Program-made: the position numbers and the translations under genes
Origin: Anthoceros angustus
Taxonomy: Eukaryota > Plantae > Anthocerotophyta
DNA: 64,000 nt
Reading direction: 5' to 3'
Assembly (NCBI GenBank): GCA_010909165.1
Contig: VJWM01000103.1
Location: 930,001 to 994,000 of the forward strand
Notes under the pieces: model-generated
The model's input: the letters and a program-made list of their open reading frames with translations, nothing else
Database searches by the model: none
What the model was told of the DNA's origin: nothing
Shown here: piece after piece, positions 60,690-64,000 of the stretch
Layout: every line of letters begins with the position of its first letter
Numbering within the stretch: position 1 is the first letter of the stretch

Positions 60690-62349
60690 GAGAAAGGAGT
60701 ATGTGGGCTACGGACTTCCTTGGGGTTAGGAATAAGTGGGGTTTTGTTTTTTTGTAGGTTGGAATAGTAAAATAAAGGCGGAAAGGAGGAATAAGCACGG
60801 ATGGCGCTCGGACGGACTTGAGTAAGCAAGCGGACCACTCCGGACTAAGCGGACCACTCCGGAGTAAGCGGACCCGTGACTGCCGACTCGGACTACACTC
60901 TGACAAGTCAGGAAGCTCGGATACCCTTGGTCTGGCAGGGGTAAGTCAGGACCCCACTAGTCGAGCAGGATAAGCACGGGAAAGCAACTTTGAATTGAGT
61001 CGGGAGGACGGACTGGAGGCACCACGTCACCCTCGGCGGGAGGCGGACCTCGAGGTCAGGAAGGCGAGGCGAGGAAGAAGGCCCGGGGATAGTGTGCAGG
61101 GACCTTGGGGGCGTTGTTGACGGAGCGGTGAGAGGAGCAGCGGAGGAGGCGGGAGGCGGCGAATGTGGCGGAGGCACCCACCTCACCATGGAAGAAGGGG
61201 GCCGAGGGAGTCGCTTGGGCGATCGGGAGCAGTGGAAGGACTCAGGAGAGCCACGGAGGTCCCGTGAGGAAGAAACCGGAGTTCGGACCACGGTCCGGAC
61301 TCTGAAGGAAAACCGGACCACAGTGGGACCTCGGAAAGGAAGGCCGGACCACAGGTCCGGACCCCGAGACAAGGTCCGGACCTAGGCGGACTCGGGAAAT
61401 AAGGCGGACTCTGAGTTGGGAGTCGAGGCAGACCTCGAGGTCCGAGCTGCGGCGATGAGGAGGGGCGCCGACTTACGCTAGGGAGGCGGAATGGCCGGTG
61501 GCCCCGGCCGAGGACCAGGGAGGCCGAGGGAGGATGACGTCGTAATGTGGCGGTTGTCGGTGCCCGATAACGAGTTGCGGGAGGAGGGCCCGCCTCACGG
61601 ATCATCCGATTAGGCGCCACAGCGGGAGATTGGACCACCCATCCGAGCGGAACCAGAATCTTCCAGCCCACCGCCAGAGGAGATAGGGGAAATAGGATGG
61701 TAGGCGGCGATTAGGGCATCTTGGGCTGGCCGCCATCCGAATAGGGGTGTAATAAAGGCCGACCTTGGGGGCGTAGTATAAGAGAGGCCGCTCTAGTAAA
61801 GTATCTTTCTCTTGGTGTTGATGCAGCGTTCTTGCGGACCCTTGGGCGTCTTCACGCGAGTCACAGCGAGCGCGACGACTCGGGAGGCGATCAAGGTCTG
61901 ATGACGGACTTAACGTGGTGGTGTGCGAGGGAAGGGCGGTGAGGACCCTTGTTCGTCGAGGCGGTCCAACGTCGGCGGGCCGGAGCGTGTGAGCCGGAGG
62001 TACCGGGAGGTGTGCGAGCCGGACGGAGAGGCCGGCGGAGCAACGTGGAGGTCCGATGTAACCACTTGCGTTCTTTTCCAAGGTTGATAAGCGTAGAGGC
62101 GATGAGGAGCGGATGAAGAAGCAGTGGAGCGGACGCACGGGTCCTTAAGCGTTTGGCCACAGGGCTGTTCGGTGAAGCGTTATAAATAGCTGGTGTAAGC
62201 GAAGATTGAGTGTGTTAAGGTGAAGTGGACCAAGAAAGGTGAGAATCGGTGGCAAAGCCGCAACGGAGCTATCATTCTCTTGGGAGCGGACTCCATACCA
62301 CAACGACAGGATTGTGCGCGCGGCATCCATCGGTGAAAGTCGCGCCACA
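60690..62349 (+). mobile_element. Polypurine tract plus full LTR copy (60702-62349)
   Basis: GAGAAAGGAG, then TGTGGGCTAC...CGCCACA. Confidence 0.85.
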
Positions 62350-62352
62350 TTT

Positions 62353-62369
62353 TGGCGCCGTTGCGGGGA
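62353..62369 (+). promoter_or_regulatory. Primer-binding site complementary to plant tRNA-Asp (typical of the Athila lineage)
   Basis: TGGCGCCGTTGCGGGGA versus the expected TGGCGCCGTTGCCGGGGA (one C missing). Confidence 0.85.
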
Positions 62370-64000
62370 AATCGTTCCGTAGCAAGCGTGGATGCGTGGA
62401 GGCGTGAGGTAGTTAAGGACGGTGCTAAGAGAGCGGACGTTGTGGCCCCGCGTGCTCCGAGCGAGAGAGGAGCTCGAGGCGAGACACCGGCCGCGGGAGC
62501 GGTGGACTTGCCGGACCAAAGCGTAAGCGCCGGGAAGTAAGGAGCGGTTCCTCAAACTTTGCGGCGCATGGCAACAACGTCGACCAAACAGCGTACTCCA
62601 TCTTTGGAGGTAAGAAGGAGAGAGACCTTTGTGGAGGATTTCGTGTCGCCAACTTCAATGGGAGGATCGGATGCCGCGGCTCATCCGGTCAAGGGGTTCT
62701 CAGGACAGCTCGGTGTCGAAGAGTATCGGCCACCCGGAATGCCCCACCCTCGTTGAAGGATGCCTTCTTAGAGCGATTCGTGGAATTGACCAAGAATGTG
62801 TCCAAACTCGAGAACACAGGCGAGGCAAGAGGAGAAGTTGGGATCGTACATCGAGCGGTTCTGCCGAGGATCGACACCACCCACCACCATGCGGTGATGC
62901 GTTGGGCGGGCTTACCAAAGCCAATGGCTAAACACGCGTCCGTTGGCGAAGATGTGAGCAAGGCGGTCCGGGGCGGTGAAGAATCGATGCACCAGCGGAG
63001 CGCTCTAGGAGGAAGAAGAAGAAGAAGCGGGGTTGGACTCAAGATGAAGAGTCTTGGAGGAGGATGATGAGACCGAGGTGGCATCGGAGGAGGAGGAAGA
63101 GGACTCGAGGAAGAATGAGGATGCCATGGAAGAAGAAGAACCTCGTCAAGAAATAAGAAGAAGCCCGTGAGAAGCGGAGGGTGGAAGAAGGAGGTTATGA
63201 TACACCGCCGGAGAGGTTGCGACCCAACTCCTCAAAGTAGCGGGCGAGGAAGATTTGGAAAAGTGATGAAGAGGGTGGAGGTTGACGATCAACCAAGTGA
63301 AGGACAAAGAGCGGCGGGCGGCCACCACCCGAACCCATCTGGTGTGCGGTGCACCACGGCATGGGCACTCAAAGTGCCCCTCCGGACCTGAAGTGGAGTC
63401 GATTATGGGAGGAGTCCGAGGAATGGGAGGATGCTTACAGTGCAAGAAGCCCCCGGCGCGATCCGATGTATCCAGCGGAGGTCCATCCATACACCGCCCC
63501 CGATGCAACCCCGAATGGGAGGACCACCGAATCCTTGCGGCGTGGTCATTTGGCTGTGGGAACCCGGGCACTACTCCAACGTGTCCCATATCCCAGCAGG
63601 TAATGGAGATTTTGAACGGTTGTGTGGGGATTATGGCGGGCATGGCGGCGATGCCTTGTGTCCAACCTCGTCAAGCAGTGCTGCCACTCCAGAGCGGCCG
63701 ACCACGACGCCTCCCTTCCTAAAGGCCCGTGCTACAAATTGAGGATGCAGTGGCGGAGTTGCAAGAGGGAGTCCAAGAGCTAATGTGGTCCGTGGTCCCG
63801 GATCTTTGTTTGGTGATTGTGATGCCATCCAGTTGGAGTTGCACGAGATGATGCCTCGCGCACATCCGCAAAAGGTGAGGATCTGTGCTGCAGCGTTGCC
63901 AGCGTAAAGTACCTCCGGCGAGCTAGAATGGATTTGGTCTTAGAAGCATTGTTCGAGGCCAAGTTGTGCGCCCGATTTAAAGCGGCATTGTTGTGACAAA

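Noticed and set aside
62353-62369. tRNA genes suggested by tRNA-complementary sequence (also the TGGTATCAGAGCC sites)
   Set aside because: Only 13-17 nt matches adjacent to LTR ends; these are primer-binding sites.
63755-64000. Unrelated sequence at the window end
   Set aside because: Too short to assign, and no motif recognised.

Overview
Eukaryotic nuclear DNA with short GT-AG introns (mostly about 85-180 bp). A SAS-6 centriole gene implies a flagellated-sperm plant such as a bryophyte, lycophyte or fern (inference). The first 10.6 kb is gene-dense: the 3' part of a SAS-6 gene (+), two tandem MFS transporters (-) and a TBC Rab-GAP (-). From 11 to 36 kb is a nested TE block: L1-type LINE endonuclease fragments, two Copia LTR families with tRNA-iMet PBS plus gag/RT/RNase H remnants, and CACTA transposase copies. 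An mTERF gene (-) lies at 37.4-39.5 kb. From 40.3 to 47.9 kb is a MULE-like element: a DDE+SWIM transposase (+) converging on a frameshifted minus-strand cargo ORF. I read that cargo as a ParB/Srx-like domain followed by a beta-class DNA amino-methyltransferase (N6_N4_Mtase motifs IV, X, I, II); this is the most interesting signal in the window. From 47.9 to 63.8 kb is an Athila-like Ty3/gypsy element (about 1.6 kb LTRs, tRNA-Asp PBS). Much of 11.7-19.7, 29-33.4 and 49.5-63.7 kb consists of near-identical re-copies with homopolymer indels joined at microhomologies. These look like long-read consensus artefacts, so copy numbers and frameshifts there should not be trusted. All calls come from manual reading; no database search was run.
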